Source of the DNA: Phoronis australis
Taxonomy: Eukaryota; Animalia; Phoronida
Length of the DNA: 64,000 nt
Assembly: GCA_002633005.1 (NCBI GenBank)
Contig: NMRA01000007.1
Location: 2,131,839 to 2,195,838 of the forward strand
Direction of reading: 5' to 3'
Below, one piece after another: positions 47,601 through 59,094 of this stretch; position 1 is the stretch's first letter, and every line of letters begins with the position of its first letter. The notes under the pieces are model-generated. The model saw only the letters and a program-made list of their open reading frames with translations. It had not been told where the DNA came from and made no database searches. The position numbers and the translations under genes were made by a program.

Positions 47601-50600
47601 CCTATCTGAAAACGGGAACATGTCATCGTCTCTTTAATGGAAACGTATTCATTAAATTTTATAAAACTCCTACAAGGTGTTTCAAAGATACATAGCAAAA
47701 TGAAAAAATAAAATTGCCCCTGTGAGGGCACAGCGGCAGTCAGATCCGTCCAAATGTTGTTGTTGTCCGTTGTCTACTTTGTATCACTACACTTGCCCTC
47801 TGCAGAGGGTTTTTGAGATACAACCATGGACGCAAAAAAAAACTGCAACTGGGAGGCGTCACAGTAATCCTAATCATCCAGAAATGATCACCAGTCATCC
47901 TCTTCACAGTAGAAACATAAACGCCAATTTTCAAAATCATCCGTATTAGAGTGGTTTATTTGATAGACGGGAGGATGCCAAAAAAAAACAGACTAGTAAA
48001 CAGTAAAAATGGCCACTAGATGGCACAAATATGTTGAATCCACTAAAAATGTGAACATGTCATCACTTCTTTAACTGAAAGGTATAATTACGTCAAGGAA
48101 CTTCCATGAAACAGAGGAAAATGGAAAAAATCAAATTGCCACTAGGGGGCACAGCGTTTGTTGGATCCGTCCGAACGTTGTCATCATCCGTTGTCAACCT
48201 CATATAAGTACACAAATTTAATAAAGATCCGGCAGAGGATTTAGTAGATACAGCCATGGGCGCAAAAAAACAAAACTGCCACTAAGAGGCACCACAGTAG
48301 TCAAAATTGTCAGAAAATTATCGTCAATCGCCCCCTTCACAATAGACCAGATTCAAGCAGTCGCCTCACGCTAGACTTTAACAACTTACCCCTTCCCTCA
48401 GGCAACGCGTTACAATAGTAGTAGATGCGGTCGACACTGCCCAGTTGTCTACGCTAAATCCCTTGGCTTCTTCCTGCATTGCATAGTTACAAAGAATGAC
48501 ACAACATGCACTGCGCTGGGGAGCATTCAGTTACTTAACATTAATGTCATGACAGTTTGGGGAGATCCCACAGGATCACGATGGGAGTATTGCAGCGAGT
48601 CCCCAGTACTTTGCAAGTAAGGTTGTGACTACTAACACATGCTCAAGTATTGGATGGCAACACTGCAACGTTAAAATGTTGACACTCAAAGCATTCATTA
48701 TCTATGATGTGAATTTTTGTTTCTTCTGATTAGTGAGTCACCGGCATTAGTGAATGGCCCCTGTGTAAAACTATTAAAATAGCAACACAGATTGTCACCT
48801 GTTGGGAAATACCAACTGACAAAAATAGTGTAAAATAGTGTAACCAAAAGCTTTCCATAACATGACATTAAAGGTTATTCTTTTTGTCTTGACAGTCTTA
48901 AGTGATGGAGACTAAATTTTGTATGTTAATTTAAAACCTTCCTCTCACCTGGTTTGCCACAAGAAACAGTAGCTCTCCAAGCGCTGGCAAGAAAGCATGC
49001 TTCAGGCGGACATTGCGGAAATTGTCTCGCAAGACCTCAGTCAAAATACTGACCGGCTGTAACAAAACATACAAAGGTATTCATCGCGCAGGAGCTTCAT
49101 GTTTATAACAATTTTAGATCACAATATACCAAAAATTTTCACTCCCCCATAGCTCAGCAATGTATGCAATACTTGCTTATAGTACTGGGTGGCCATGCTT
49201 TGCAATTCAGACTGTCCCAACTAAACTACGCTCATCTACACAATGCCCCATTACACAAGAAAACCAGAAGTCAGACCAGGTGGGTTGCAATACCCCAAGT
49301 AGTAAACAGTGGTGGAAAGGTAATTCAACCAAGTATTTTACCTTGGATGGTTGGATTTTGCCTTCAAATTCTTTATATTTTGACAAACTCTAGCAAAATG
49401 TTTTCATAAGAATGTGTCGGACCTCAAATTGTTTACAGATAGCCGCTTTAATTCTACACCCTCAATGAAAAATAAAAGCAACAAGTGTTGACCCGTGTCC
49501 ACAATCCACAGTATACTATAAAAGGCATTTTCCTTGACGTGCTTATCAGCTACATGTGTAATACAAGGACACAACAACTTGACTACAAATAAAAAGTTTA
49601 AAAAAATGAAGTTTTCAACTTTTGCAACAAAGAAATAAAACATGTCATAAAGAGACAAAACTAGGGATCGAAAAATTAGCAGATCTAGTCTACTTCTTTT
49701 CATACACAATTATGAGGTTTGGCAAATACAAATTAGACACAGAGTATCTCGGCAGGAAATTTTCCTTGAGATAAGTACCATTTGTTTCGAATGGCCTTAA
49801 CATATAAATACTCCAACAGGCAGCAGGCTGATCTTGCGTCAGGCATCAGTTGATGTGAAGGATGACCCAGCCGGCAGTGAGGAAAGCACAAAAAGTCAAC
49901 ATTACAGGCTTCATATTCAAATCACCTAACGAAAATATTCCTCACTGCCACAAGCCTGGGTCATCTTTTACATAAACTGACACCTGACGCGAGATCAGCC
50001 TGCCGCCAGTTAGAGCGTTCACCTATTAAGGCCATTAAAAACAAATGGCAAATTGCGTTCAACAAAACATGTTGCAAAATGACACAGTATTTGTTGGAAT
50101 TCGCTCAAAATTGATTGGCGCCATTGCAATGCCATCACATACCTCTGCATAAAGTTTAAACGAAATCCGTCAACTGATCCCCTAAATAACATCCGAAAAC
50201 AACTGGACCAAGGGTTTTTGAGATATCGAGCGGACACTCGGACAGGATGACCACATATATGCGGGCCAATGAAAACCATTCAACTCTTATTCGAGCACAG
50301 ATTAGAAATTAGTTGAATCTCTCTTACAAGAAACGTATTGGTAAAAGCACAACACATCCCTAAAGACCATCACAAACAAGGACAGCCTTACCTCTGACAC
50401 TACTGTTTCTTCAGCTAACTCTGAAGTGTTACTTGCAGCTAGGCCAACGATTCGAGCCAGTTTGATTTTTCTAAAATACAAGAAGGAGAATGACCCCGTT
50501 TAGGTAAATACGACCAAAGAGAAGGCATACCTGACCTGTCCAAGTTATACGAATGTCTTAACAGACGCGGCCCACTTTTAATATGATATTGTCTTCATCT

Positions 50601-53600
50601 ATGTTGAAGTGGTAGGAAAATGCAGCCTTACACATAAGCCAAATCCAACAAATAACGTTCTATAATTTCCGTCACATGATGTGGAGTGAATGCTTTCACT
50701 AAAGCAGTGGAACGTGAAACGGCATCATTCACAAACGTTTTGCTCTAAAGTCAGCATTGTTGGCCTTACAGTGTCAGGCATAGGCTGACACTAGTTTTAG
50801 TTCTGTAAATGTTTTATTTTGCTGTTCTATTTGCTTACTAGCCGATGGCACTTGACTGAGGTGAACACACACCAAATAATTTTAATTAAAACATTTGGTC
50901 AAGCGTCGTTTCATGACAACACTCAAGTAGACTTTCGTGCTGTTTATTTTGCTAAAATTCGAAATATTATGAGCTAAATAAGCGATGAATTAAAGTTCAA
51001 CATACAAAGATCCACACTGTGAGAGGACTTCCTCAGAGGCGCACAGCTCTCAACATCAGGAAAGTACACTTACAGCTCCGGTAGTGACGCGTCTTTCAAC
51101 TGCTTAGCAACAATCTTCAACACGTTGCTCTGCGTGAGAGCATTAGCCAACATTCCATTGCCAGCCAGGACAGCCACGTAATTGAGGAAGTGCATACGCC
51201 GCTGCGAGGGTGGCCCTTTCTCAGGGTTGTTCAGGGTGTCCGTCACTGTCGAAAGGTGGCGTTGCAGGTCTTTCTTGGCAAGAGACAAGCACTTCTCAAC
51301 TAGTGGAAAAAAAAACGAAAAAATACTTTTCAGCCGGAAGTCTAACGTGAGATGGAAAATGGTTTGATTATCACAAATATAGGTGAATATGTAAAACATT
51401 ATTTGATTGGATGCTAAGCCCTGGAACATATCCCTCAAATTCACGAAAGACTCTTCACTAAACTTGGTAAATATTGAGGCAGGCGCAAAAAAGTAAAACT
51501 GTCAATATGGGGCATGTCCAATAAGTACGAAATCGTGATGCAGTGCTGGGGAATAACACTGTATGATGCGGGTTACGTGTACCTCACGAGGGACATCACT
51601 GATTCAAAGATCACTCATATGCAGAATGTGTTCATTGTGCCAATATCTGAGATTCTGCATGAATCTACTAAGGCCATTATGAACAAATGGAACGTCGTGT
51701 TCAACAAAACTCATCTCCAGGAAAAGGTTTTACTGAGATACCCAAATCCAATATACAACAGTAGCTTTGTTTACATAGGATATTGTTAAAACAATTTTAA
51801 ATAGTTACAGCTACACCTTAGCATAGTCAGGAATATGCCCTTTGACAGTTTCAGCATCAGGCACAAAACTGTGGGGTTATGCTACCAGTTTGTGCGACTA
51901 CATTTTATCCTGAACCATGATTGTTTACCAGAATAAGGGGGGACCATGAGAGTCTTGCTGTCGTATTTCAAGGGTTGAGGCTTCTGTATCTGAAAAAAAG
52001 TAAGCACAGCTTATTCGAAGTCTACTTGCAATTACGTACTGGTTCCACTTAATGCCCCGAAATTCCCAATTTCTACTTTTCCACTTTCAAACACTCAGGC
52101 TTAGTCTCACGCCCAAGCCCAATTTCTTGTAAAAAAATCCGTCTGGGACAGTGAAAATTTAATAACTGTACTAAATTTTAAAAATAGACAATACTGATCA
52201 AACCAAATTCATTAAGTATGAGGGAGACGAATTTACTTTACGTCTATATTTTTGACAATTTTATCTTAGAAGTTGACGATACAAAATGCAGTGTAGGATA
52301 TTTTAGAAATAACGCCAAAGGTGGCATGTCCCAATCTTCAGAATAAATATTTTTAAATCGGGTCGAGTTTCACTGTCCTGAGATTTAGACTGTCCCAAAA
52401 TGGAGAATTTTTTCTGTATATGACTCAGCCTTCCTTAAAAAATCCAGTGTCTACATCAACAAATGCATCACAAGAAATTTACTCTAGACATCTCTGGTTA
52501 AAAGTTTCAGTGACGTCCTGCCTTATTTTGCCAAGAAAATCTCACATTTTACTAATTTAGGAGACGTGAAATGGTTGTCATTAGTCTAACTTGTGAGCAA
52601 ATATGGCAAAGATGTACGGGGGAATAAATAAGCTGGTCGGGTAAAACGATTATCCAGACTTCTCAAAATTTTTGTTTTCAGGTTAGCACCACCCTCCAGC
52701 GATTTTTAAATTCCCAATCTGAGCACCACCGGCATTGACCGGGATGAGTACAGTAGTTACCATGACAATAGCCTAGATGCTTACTGAACCGAAACACTGA
52801 AGTACAGCCTAATGGTAGACTGAAGCTTTTAATCTAATGTTACAAAATCATTAAAACTAAACTCACAGGCATAATGCACGGAAAAGGCGAAAATATGTGC
52901 ATGACCAGAATGTGAGATACAAAATACCATGCACATGTACTTAAACCTCAGCGTTAAGAATGAGAATAGAAAAATGTTCAGAAGGCAATAGTTTTTTGAG
53001 TCCTTCATCGAATCTGGAATGGTGCAGTTTGGTCATCGACAAGAATGGGACTACTTACTTTGGAATTGTCCACAATTGGCGTGACCAGCCAATCGGTGGT
53101 GTGATAAATCAACACAGAGCAGTTCTCACTGCCATCTTCTGGCGACTGTTGGAGACGACTGGAAGCGCGCTCCTGTAACGACGAGGAAGTCATCTGGCGC
53201 GATGATACCAGAGAGTCATCCGCACAGGCCGTCGAGGGTCTTGAGCTGGAAATCAAAGTTGGACCGGTCAATACTACAATCAAACACAAGGAACCTAGTA
53301 CAGGTAAAAATTGACCGTTAAAGGGTGATCATCTCATGGCTGGAGTTTACTAAGGTAAGCACAATAGCCCACTAAATTCAGTTCTGATGTTTACTTTTAA
53401 TCCTTTGACACCTTATTATGTCATAAAACTATGTTAGCTGCTGACTGTTAACGTCCCAGTCAGCTGGCTCTCTACGGTGTTGGAAGGGAATGGGGGTAAT
53501 TGGAACATGCCCTTCAGTTGAACTTGAACAGGCTTTTGCTTGAATTTTCACCTGCACTAGGTCCTTCATGAGTAGACTAAATATTAACTATTATTGCAAA

Positions 53601-56600
53601 AGGAAGACTATGCACGGTAAATAGTGAAGACCAAAAATCTGCAACTGCAAAAACTACCACCTGCACAAACTCCATTCCTGACACAGTACAGTTGTGGAGA
53701 ACAAGATGAGTTGACTTGTCTGAACAAGATTTGCAATTGAAACATAAATGAGACTCATCAAAGTCTCACTAATTGTGACTTTATATTATGTCAGTCTAAA
53801 ATGATTTTCATTAGCTTTGCCACCCAAGGTGTACATTTCAGTAAACTACATAAACTGTGCCACAGATTCTCAAACTCGCTAGAAAAGTTATTGCTGGCAC
53901 CGGTGCAATCTGTGTACAACGGTCCAAGAATGTTGGGATGTCTTGAAATTTACCAGTGAAAGAAGACAACAAATGTATGTTGGTAACGCGTTGCTGACTA
54001 AAGCTAACACATTAACACTTAATTGCAATTTTTCACTTACTTAAAAAATGCCAAAAATTAACATTTTTTTTTTGTTTTTCAAAGGCTTGCTTCAAAAATG
54101 GAAACCTCCAAGTTACTAACTTTTGTTTACTGACATTTACACTACAGGTCAAAAGAAAACAGGCAAAATACGGTAACTTTCGGCATCATGACAGTCAATT
54201 CCGCTTGCAGATTTTTCCGCTTAATTCAGGCTGAAAATGACAGGTGATGATGAGTCATGGAGGCTGTAATGTCTTCCGATGCTGCCACCATGTTTCATTT
54301 TGTTAGCTCCATAACTGTGCGTGGAATTCTCTGTGAAGATTTCCAATGTTTTCAAAGAGTTTGTCATTATTGTACTTTGTAGTGGGCTATTGACTCAGCA
54401 GTGTGTTTTCATTGAACCCTTTGACACTGAAAATATTCAGGTTTTATGCAAACAAGTAAATTTCAACCCGTCATCACCAAGGATCCACGGATTTTAAAAA
54501 TATGTAATTTCATAATAAAAAAATATTGAAGAAATTTGATCATTTGGTAATGGCGTGTTGACAGTTTATGAGATTGCATGAAGACATGCTGGGATTACAA
54601 CTGGTTTGACAAGTGTTCTGTTAGGACATGTATGATTTTCAATGAAGGGTCCTGGTTTAAACAACATTTATTCTAAATTAGATTTTATAGTTAAATATGA
54701 TTCAAATAAAACAGCAACAGAAATTAATCTATATTCATTTGTTTAAAGTTGTTTTAAGCCTCGTCTAAGTAATATGACTGCATCCTGCTTCACAAAACAG
54801 TGAGTGTCAAATACGATCCTTACAAAAAAGAGTTGTGAAGTAACGAAAATTCCAACTTGTTTTCTACGGTTATTCTGCAGTTGGAATTGAGGTCATAGGT
54901 TTTACTTGTGGTTTGACCATAGATTATAGACAACAAATTTGCAACTCCAGCATTTTCATGCGCACTATCCTAGAGGAGGTGCCACTTTCCTAAATTATCT
55001 GTTGCAGTTTCCGGTTAGTGTATTGTGACCATGATTAGCAGACCACGTACTTGCCGCAAATAATACCAGATAATTTGGCCAGGTGTCGCTAGTGAATATG
55101 ACGTCATTGCTTCTGTAAGAGCACAGATTTCGTCCATTGAAAGTATACGGAGTCGGCGGTCCATGTACTATAGTCTATGGTTGAACAAACCACTTCATTC
55201 TTATTTTATCATACCTGGAAGTTTTTGTTGAGGCAATCTAATGTTCAATACAACATTACGTTAGCTAATTAAGTAAAGTTTAGAATACGAAAAAAAGTGT
55301 AGAATACGAAAAAAAAAACAAAAAAACGGCACAACACAGGAGAGTAACAAACAGTATCTGTGATGTTACTTTAAATGGAATTTAGTTCGCTGTGTTTATT
55401 TAATACATTACGTGGTTTTGTCATAGCAGTTTGTACCAAATCAAAAGTGTAGGATAAATGGTATAATTTAGACAGTTCATTTTTCCAAGTCTTTCTTTCC
55501 CTCCCATTCAAAAATGAACTAAATGAAAAAAGTGAATCAAAACTCACACTGCGTCTACTCAGACAATGAATTGATCATTGAAAAAACCGAGACAAGTTTT
55601 CATACCTCAATATTTAATTACACATTTTTCCTTGTAATAATACTTCTTACCTGAGGACAAATGGATTTGGGTGTGTTCCGTCTCGAGTAAAATGCTTGGG
55701 GCGGAGGGCTTCTGATATAGTAGAACCTGATAAAAATGTAAATGTATTTTAATTACAATGTGAATCACAGAACTGACAAGTTAACCGAAGACTATCCATT
55801 TAGAAAAACACACGGCTTCCTTGTGAGTGGAATCTTATGGGTCACAAAGTTATTACACGGTGAGTAGTATAATAATTCAACTGTTTTAATATTACTGAAA
55901 ATTTACTGTCAACATTATACAAATGTGATACTACTAACTTCTTCGGAGTCTTATCATAATTTCAGAACAACGCACGCTGTAATAACTGTGACCAATATTT
56001 GTTGCAACAGTACATACAGACAAGAGCACGTGCGAAGTTCTGAAATCATTGAGAACAAGCGCAAGCCGTAATGGCCAAAAGTCACCGTAATTTTTCAACC
56101 GCACTTGCGTAATAGTGTCACTGTAGAAATACAAGGTAACTGTGAACCTTTTTTACCATGTCGCATTTATGTGCAAATATTTTAATAAATTCTGTGAGCT
56201 CTAAGCCCCACAAAGTTTATATTTTCTGAAAGGTGAATAAATTTCCAAACAAAATTTACTATAATTTTTATTTACTTGAATGTCTTTATTTCTTCACAAG
56301 ATATGCGTTTTTTAGTAAAAAATTTTTTTTTGACTTTGAACAGAGACCATAAAAATATTGATCCTCCAATCACATTGGTCTTTTGTCAATGTGTTGATAA
56401 CGGCATTTTCAAGGTAACCATGTCTCAGTTTTAAACAGGTCTTAGTTTTTTAAGTATGGACTTTTTAGGAATTTTGAGCAAAAACGGCTGTACTCTAATG
56501 GTAGATAGCTTTGTTCTGAAAAAGTAGGACTGTTTACAAACTGTTGTCGGTGATGCCAAGGGCCTCAGCAAAGCAACTATGTCAAGAACAGCCACGAAAG

Positions 56601-57646
56601 TTACAAATGCCATCATGAATTCCCGTGACCTCTCGGTCCCCAGGCAACCTGACCGATATCATTGGGCTGAACAAGCGACACTTTCATTAGGTATTTCCCA
56701 GGTTGCTGGATGCATAGATAGGTGGTGAATTGCGCTACGAGCATCACCAGAAAAAGAATATTGATTCCTGTGCAAGCAAGACTACCACACGTTAAACTCC
56801 AAGTGGTCGTTGATCAAAGTTAATGTCCAAAGGTAATCAAGTTTCTTCTTGCGTCATTCATTGCAAATTAGTTCAAAAAGCTGTGACCAACCAGTCTTCA
56901 GTGCACAGTCATGTAAAATTATTGGACTGACTGATAACATGCACTGTTATCTTTGAATACAGTGTATTAAGTGTATCACATTTGCTGATATCGCAGGCAC
57001 AATCGGAAGTGCTCATTTTTAAATGGGTATTTTTTATCAAAGAGCACAGACTAAAAATGAAATTTTGATGATTGGACATCATGATAGCGAGTAACACCAG
57101 CCACTAAGCAGGACAACTTGGCCCAGAAAACTTGGGATTCCTTTTCCCCAAGTTCATGTTGTTGTCTACAGGATGTGCTTTATTCTCAACATGCAAACGT
57201 AGAAACTTCCACAACCAGTAGGTCAAGACAAAACTTAAGTTTGTCTTAAATTTCTGACTTAAGTTTTGTCTTTAGTTTAAGAATTCTCTTAGCTAAAACA
57301 GTTTTACTGGAACGGGACCCAGGGCTGCACTTATACAGGGAAGGCTATTTGTCAAAGGAACGCCACCTAGTGACTTTCAAGCTTACAATCACCTGTACTA
57401 GCATCCAAATCTACTTCGGGCACATCTTGCAGAGTTGTTTCACCACTGCGCTTCAAATCAAGCGTCTTCACGTGACCTAGAACGGAGCTACTGTGATGCT
57501 CAAACAACGAGCTCCGCGTAGAGTCTCGCACTGTGGTGGGACTATCATCTTGTTGCAAAGAGTTCGCCAGGTCAGGGAAGTCCTTTGCCAAATGAAGTAG
57601 TGACCCTTGCCAGAAGGGGTGGACAACCAATCCATTCCAGCCGAGT
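32555..57646 (-). CDS. ULK4: Serine/threonine-protein (pseudo)kinase ULK4, 3' ~1020 codons (end of kinase domain plus ARM/HEAT repeats); 5' exons lie beyond the window end
   Basis: 23 exons with canonical GT-AG sites and matching phases (3067 nt). The peptides match vertebrate ULK4 as I recall it: RLGWNGLVVHPFW, VTPIVDNSKIQKP, LRDNFRNVRLKHAFLPALGELLFLVA, LWYLFKHSTVDALRITA, ALCRLTKHS, RLVMYIERDSRK, LHLVTSQVFRPRIVT, LLIQLYG, ADVALASLALEILK. Confidence 0.95.
33024..33112 (-). CDS. ULK4: ULK4 exon
   Basis: VSSDAEGVANMAANGTKLADTLKKLSQTA; phase 0-2. Confidence 0.85.
33908..33982 (-). CDS. ULK4: ULK4 exon
   Basis: DCYEKALRKADSKKQKILLRIIKRL. Confidence 0.9.
34345..34452 (-). CDS. ULK4: ULK4 exon
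   Basis: LCHEDSDISDLACKSLSLLIQLYGAEHSDCLSKENL. Confidence 0.9.
35126..35233 (-). CDS. ULK4: ULK4 exon
   Basis: AKKSGKGDGTSEAEQAEKVLLSNKPFTDVTSSLTQL. Confidence 0.9.
35687..35853 (-). CDS. ULK4: ULK4 exon
   Basis: GLVDHVINVFTD...LLDLLHSVLKSVSDVVRKALQ. Confidence 0.9.
36287..36441 (-). CDS. ULK4: ULK4 exon
   Basis: QMQGQGLVAVVFQVLVDHQGNPTSSTMSSVVSVLNVLITHRDTDLTDLYNQ. Confidence 0.9.
36964..37056 (-). CDS. ULK4: ULK4 exon
   Basis: FEQILLDQDPLPSYGLKLLLALLEQQPAFV. Confidence 0.9.
37546..37678 (-). CDS. ULK4: ULK4 exon
   Basis: ETRATSLRLFTDMSSLFLKDEEF...IVESLILP. Confidence 0.9.
38377..38523 (-). CDS. ULK4: ULK4 exon
   Basis: TSLTEDFLRTVVSIIESLSLHP...VIDAILPPLAVMISSSN. Confidence 0.9.
38716..39480 (-). 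mobile_element. Helentron-type family A copies (two nested 3' ends plus internal repeats)
   Basis: aacaagagcaacgcggagcgttgaaatgcgtccac at ~38796 is the reverse complement of the 26081-27002 3' end, and a more diverged end lies at ~38716. Internal gccacaagggggcac at 39356. Confidence 0.75.
39590..39983. mobile_element. MITE with ~30-bp imperfect TIRs
   Basis: gtgcctggttgcgtgaaacggttccaaat vs atttgggactgtttcatgcaactgggtac. Confidence 0.55.
40735..40965 (-). CDS. ULK4: ULK4 exon
   Basis: QALESLESVHGRKHPSTVQAKQ...LHLVTSQVFRPRIVT...IDSGETCIETSA. Confidence 0.92.
41021..41643 (+). mobile_element. Kolobok-like non-autonomous DNA transposon with TTAA TSD, keeping a THAP-domain start
   Basis: ttaa|aggggaaggcaacc...ggttgtcttcgact|ttaa with ~90-bp TIRs and an inner IR (gaagtgacgttttgg/ccaaaacgtcacttc). 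ATG at 41276 gives MPHFCCVPGCTHY, a THAP-type MxxxCxVPGC start. Confidence 0.75.
42119..42255 (-). CDS. ULK4: ULK4 exon
   Basis: LVMYIERDSRKQ...EYHSDCLLLLMEGIEGLVPNII. Confidence 0.92.
42592..42719 (-). CDS. ULK4: ULK4 exon
   Basis: DFVFRVMRLLESPNMVIRAKSFLVLLEVIKCNQEMALAACQN. Confidence 0.92.
43299..43481 (-). CDS. ULK4: ULK4 exon
   Basis: ALCRLTKHSVAIFQSIIDKVGL...VQQAVVTMFA...TADK. Confidence 0.92.
43879..44040 (-). CDS. ULK4: ULK4 exon (copy 1 of duplicated 162-bp exon)
   Basis: EDATVNHYAAKVVENLAAT...LWYLFKHSTVDALRITAML. Confidence 0.9.
44110..45900 (-). mobile_element. Helentron-type family A element, long internal repeat array (haplotype 1), plus a nested 3' end at ~45810
   Basis: Starts aacaagagcaatgcggggtgttgaaatacgctcac and contains many ttgccactagRRggcac-like units (e.g. 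45551, 45677). Confidence 0.75.
46366..46527 (-). CDS. ULK4: ULK4 exon (copy 2 of the same 162-bp exon, probably the other haplotype)
   Basis: Same peptide; the only differences I see are synonymous, plus a TAG rather than CAG acceptor. Confidence 0.8.
46597..48340 (-). mobile_element. Helentron-type family A element (haplotype 2 copy)
   Basis: Colinear with 44110-45814; gccactagggggcac at 48138. Confidence 0.75.
48390..48473 (-). CDS. ULK4: ULK4 exon
   Basis: EEAKGFSVDNWAVSTASTTIVTRCLREG. Confidence 0.9.
48949..49056 (-). CDS. ULK4: ULK4 exon
   Basis: PVSILTEVLRDNFRNVRLKHAFLPALGELLFLVANQ. Confidence 0.92.
49811..50015. mobile_element. MITE with ~75-bp inverted repeats
   Basis: ctccaacaggcagcaggctgatcttgcgtcagg...gcagtgaggaa vs ttcctcactgcc...cctgacgcgagatcagcctgccgccagttagag. 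Confidence 0.75.
50392..50470 (-). CDS. ULK4: ULK4 exon
   Basis: KIKLARIVGLAASNTSELAEETVVSE. Confidence 0.9.
51074..51299 (-). CDS. ULK4: ULK4 exon
   Basis: EKCLSLAKKDLQRHL...RMHFLNYVAVLA...VAKQLKDASLPE. Confidence 0.9.
51929..51989 (-). CDS. ULK4: ULK4 exon
   Basis: IQKPQPLKYDSKTLMVPPYS. Confidence 0.88.
53059..53245 (-). CDS. ULK4: ULK4 exon
   Basis: SRPSTACADD...LIYHTTDWLVTPIVDNSK. Confidence 0.88.
54918..55179. mobile_element. Short-TIR MITE with CATAG termini
   Basis: catagattatag ... ctatagtctatg; flanks gtttgac / gttgaac may be a degenerate TSD. Confidence 0.45.
55651..55726 (-). CDS. ULK4: ULK4 exon (linker)
   Basis: STISEALRPKHFTRDGTHPNPFVLS; phase 1-2. Confidence 0.75.
57387..57646 (-). 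CDS. ULK4: ULK4 exon (end of kinase subdomain XI plus linker)
   Basis: RLGWNGLVVHPFWQGSLLHL...; the donor could alternatively be 6 nt earlier, in the same phase. Confidence 0.85.
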
Positions 57647-58043
57647 CTGAAAGGAGATAAAGTTAGAATCCACAATAAGTTGCATAATCGTCACAAATCT
57701 TAATTTGAAACTGACTGTAAATCTAACTACCATGATTTCTCTAACAGTTCGCACACTCTAATAGTCCGTAGACCTCCCTTGAAACACGGCGCAAGGCTTG
57801 ACACTAACAGTTGTGCGATAAACTGACAACAGGTAACTTTCGGCATCGGGCAAGTGAAAGTTCAAATTTGCTTGCCTGACATGCAAGTTGAATTGAAAGT
57901 TCTGTTTACAAAATGGTGGTGCATTGTTGGAAAAAATGGCACAAAACTTGACAAAGCAGCACAAGTTTAAGAGAAAACAAAAATGTATGTGCACAATCTA
58001 CATTTATTTCCATGACGTTTGATTCTCCGCTTTTGTTTTTATA

Positions 58044-58875
58044 CTGTAAACTCGCGAGTTAATGCCCTGGGCACTTAAATTGGGAAACCCCAAGACAAGG
58101 GGTGAGCACACCCAAGCTGTGGGCGTCTAAACTGAAAATTGACAAAAGTCGGAGGTGGGCGATTACCCAAGCAGTAGCCGCTTACGTCCAAATTTTAGCC
58201 GAACTGGGTAAGCGTGTGGGGTCATTCGAGCACGGAACTTGTAAGTTCGGTCAATCAGCTGAACACGACAACCACAAAGTTTCTAATGGCTCAACCAGAA
58301 ATAGGATTTCGACTTTGAAAGGGTGATTTCGCGAGACTGCTACTACAAACTAAGACATTTTGAAATATATTAGCGCATTGCAAAACGTCATACTGCAGAA
58401 CTTTAAGAAACTCGAATAGCTGTCCACTTACCGTTTCATTAAGTACTGTTTAGATCAGTGAACGTGACATTTTGTTTCCTTAATTAAACAGAAGCGTCAG
58501 TTCTATAAAAAACTACAGTGCTGACCCATATTAATTTAACAAAAGACCACTTAATAAGTTTAAGAAAATGTAGTAGCAGCGCTTACGTTATTCCACAAAT
58601 GCTGGCTAAAAAATGCCCTTTTGGAGACTATTGTACGTAAGCATGCCATGTTTCCCGCAAACACGAAAGTCTGAGCCAGAAGCAAATATGCGAACAAAAG
58701 CACAAGTTCAAGCTCAAGTTTTGTTAGCGGTAAGTTGGGGATGGCAGATTATCCGAGAAGCTGAAATTTGCACAAAGTGGGCGATTACCCGAACAGAAGG
58801 TGCTTTATACACTATAATTTAGCAAGTCAGGGTGGGCAGTCACCCGGGCATGGGCATTAACCCGCGAGTTTACGG
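58044..58875. mobile_element. Tc1/pogo-type non-autonomous element, TA TSD (related to the 30011 MITE)
   Basis: ta|ctgtaaactcgcgagttaatgccc ... gggcattaacccgcgagtttacgg|ta; internal gtgggcgattaccc subrepeats. Confidence 0.8.
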
Positions 58876-59094
58876 TATGTAATTTCGTTTCCTACCGCTA
58901 GATACATCACTTGAAGCATATTTTTGGAAATTGTACTCCCCTTGAATGTCATTTTTTGTTAACTAAGCAGTACCAGCCAAGTTGGAGAATGTGTGTTATC
59001 AAGTGACACAGATTTATCATATTTTTGGGGAGGATTCAGTAAATATTTCAAGGCGAGAATTCAAGCCAAAATGATGTGGTTCCATTGAAAACAC

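Larger units (their letters stand above)
43529..48275. other. ~2.3-kb tandem duplication across a single-N join (43529-45814 vs 46016-48275), probably allelic haplotypes
   Basis: The second copy starts exactly after the n at 46015. The copies are colinear, with scattered SNPs and small indels. Confidence 0.85.
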
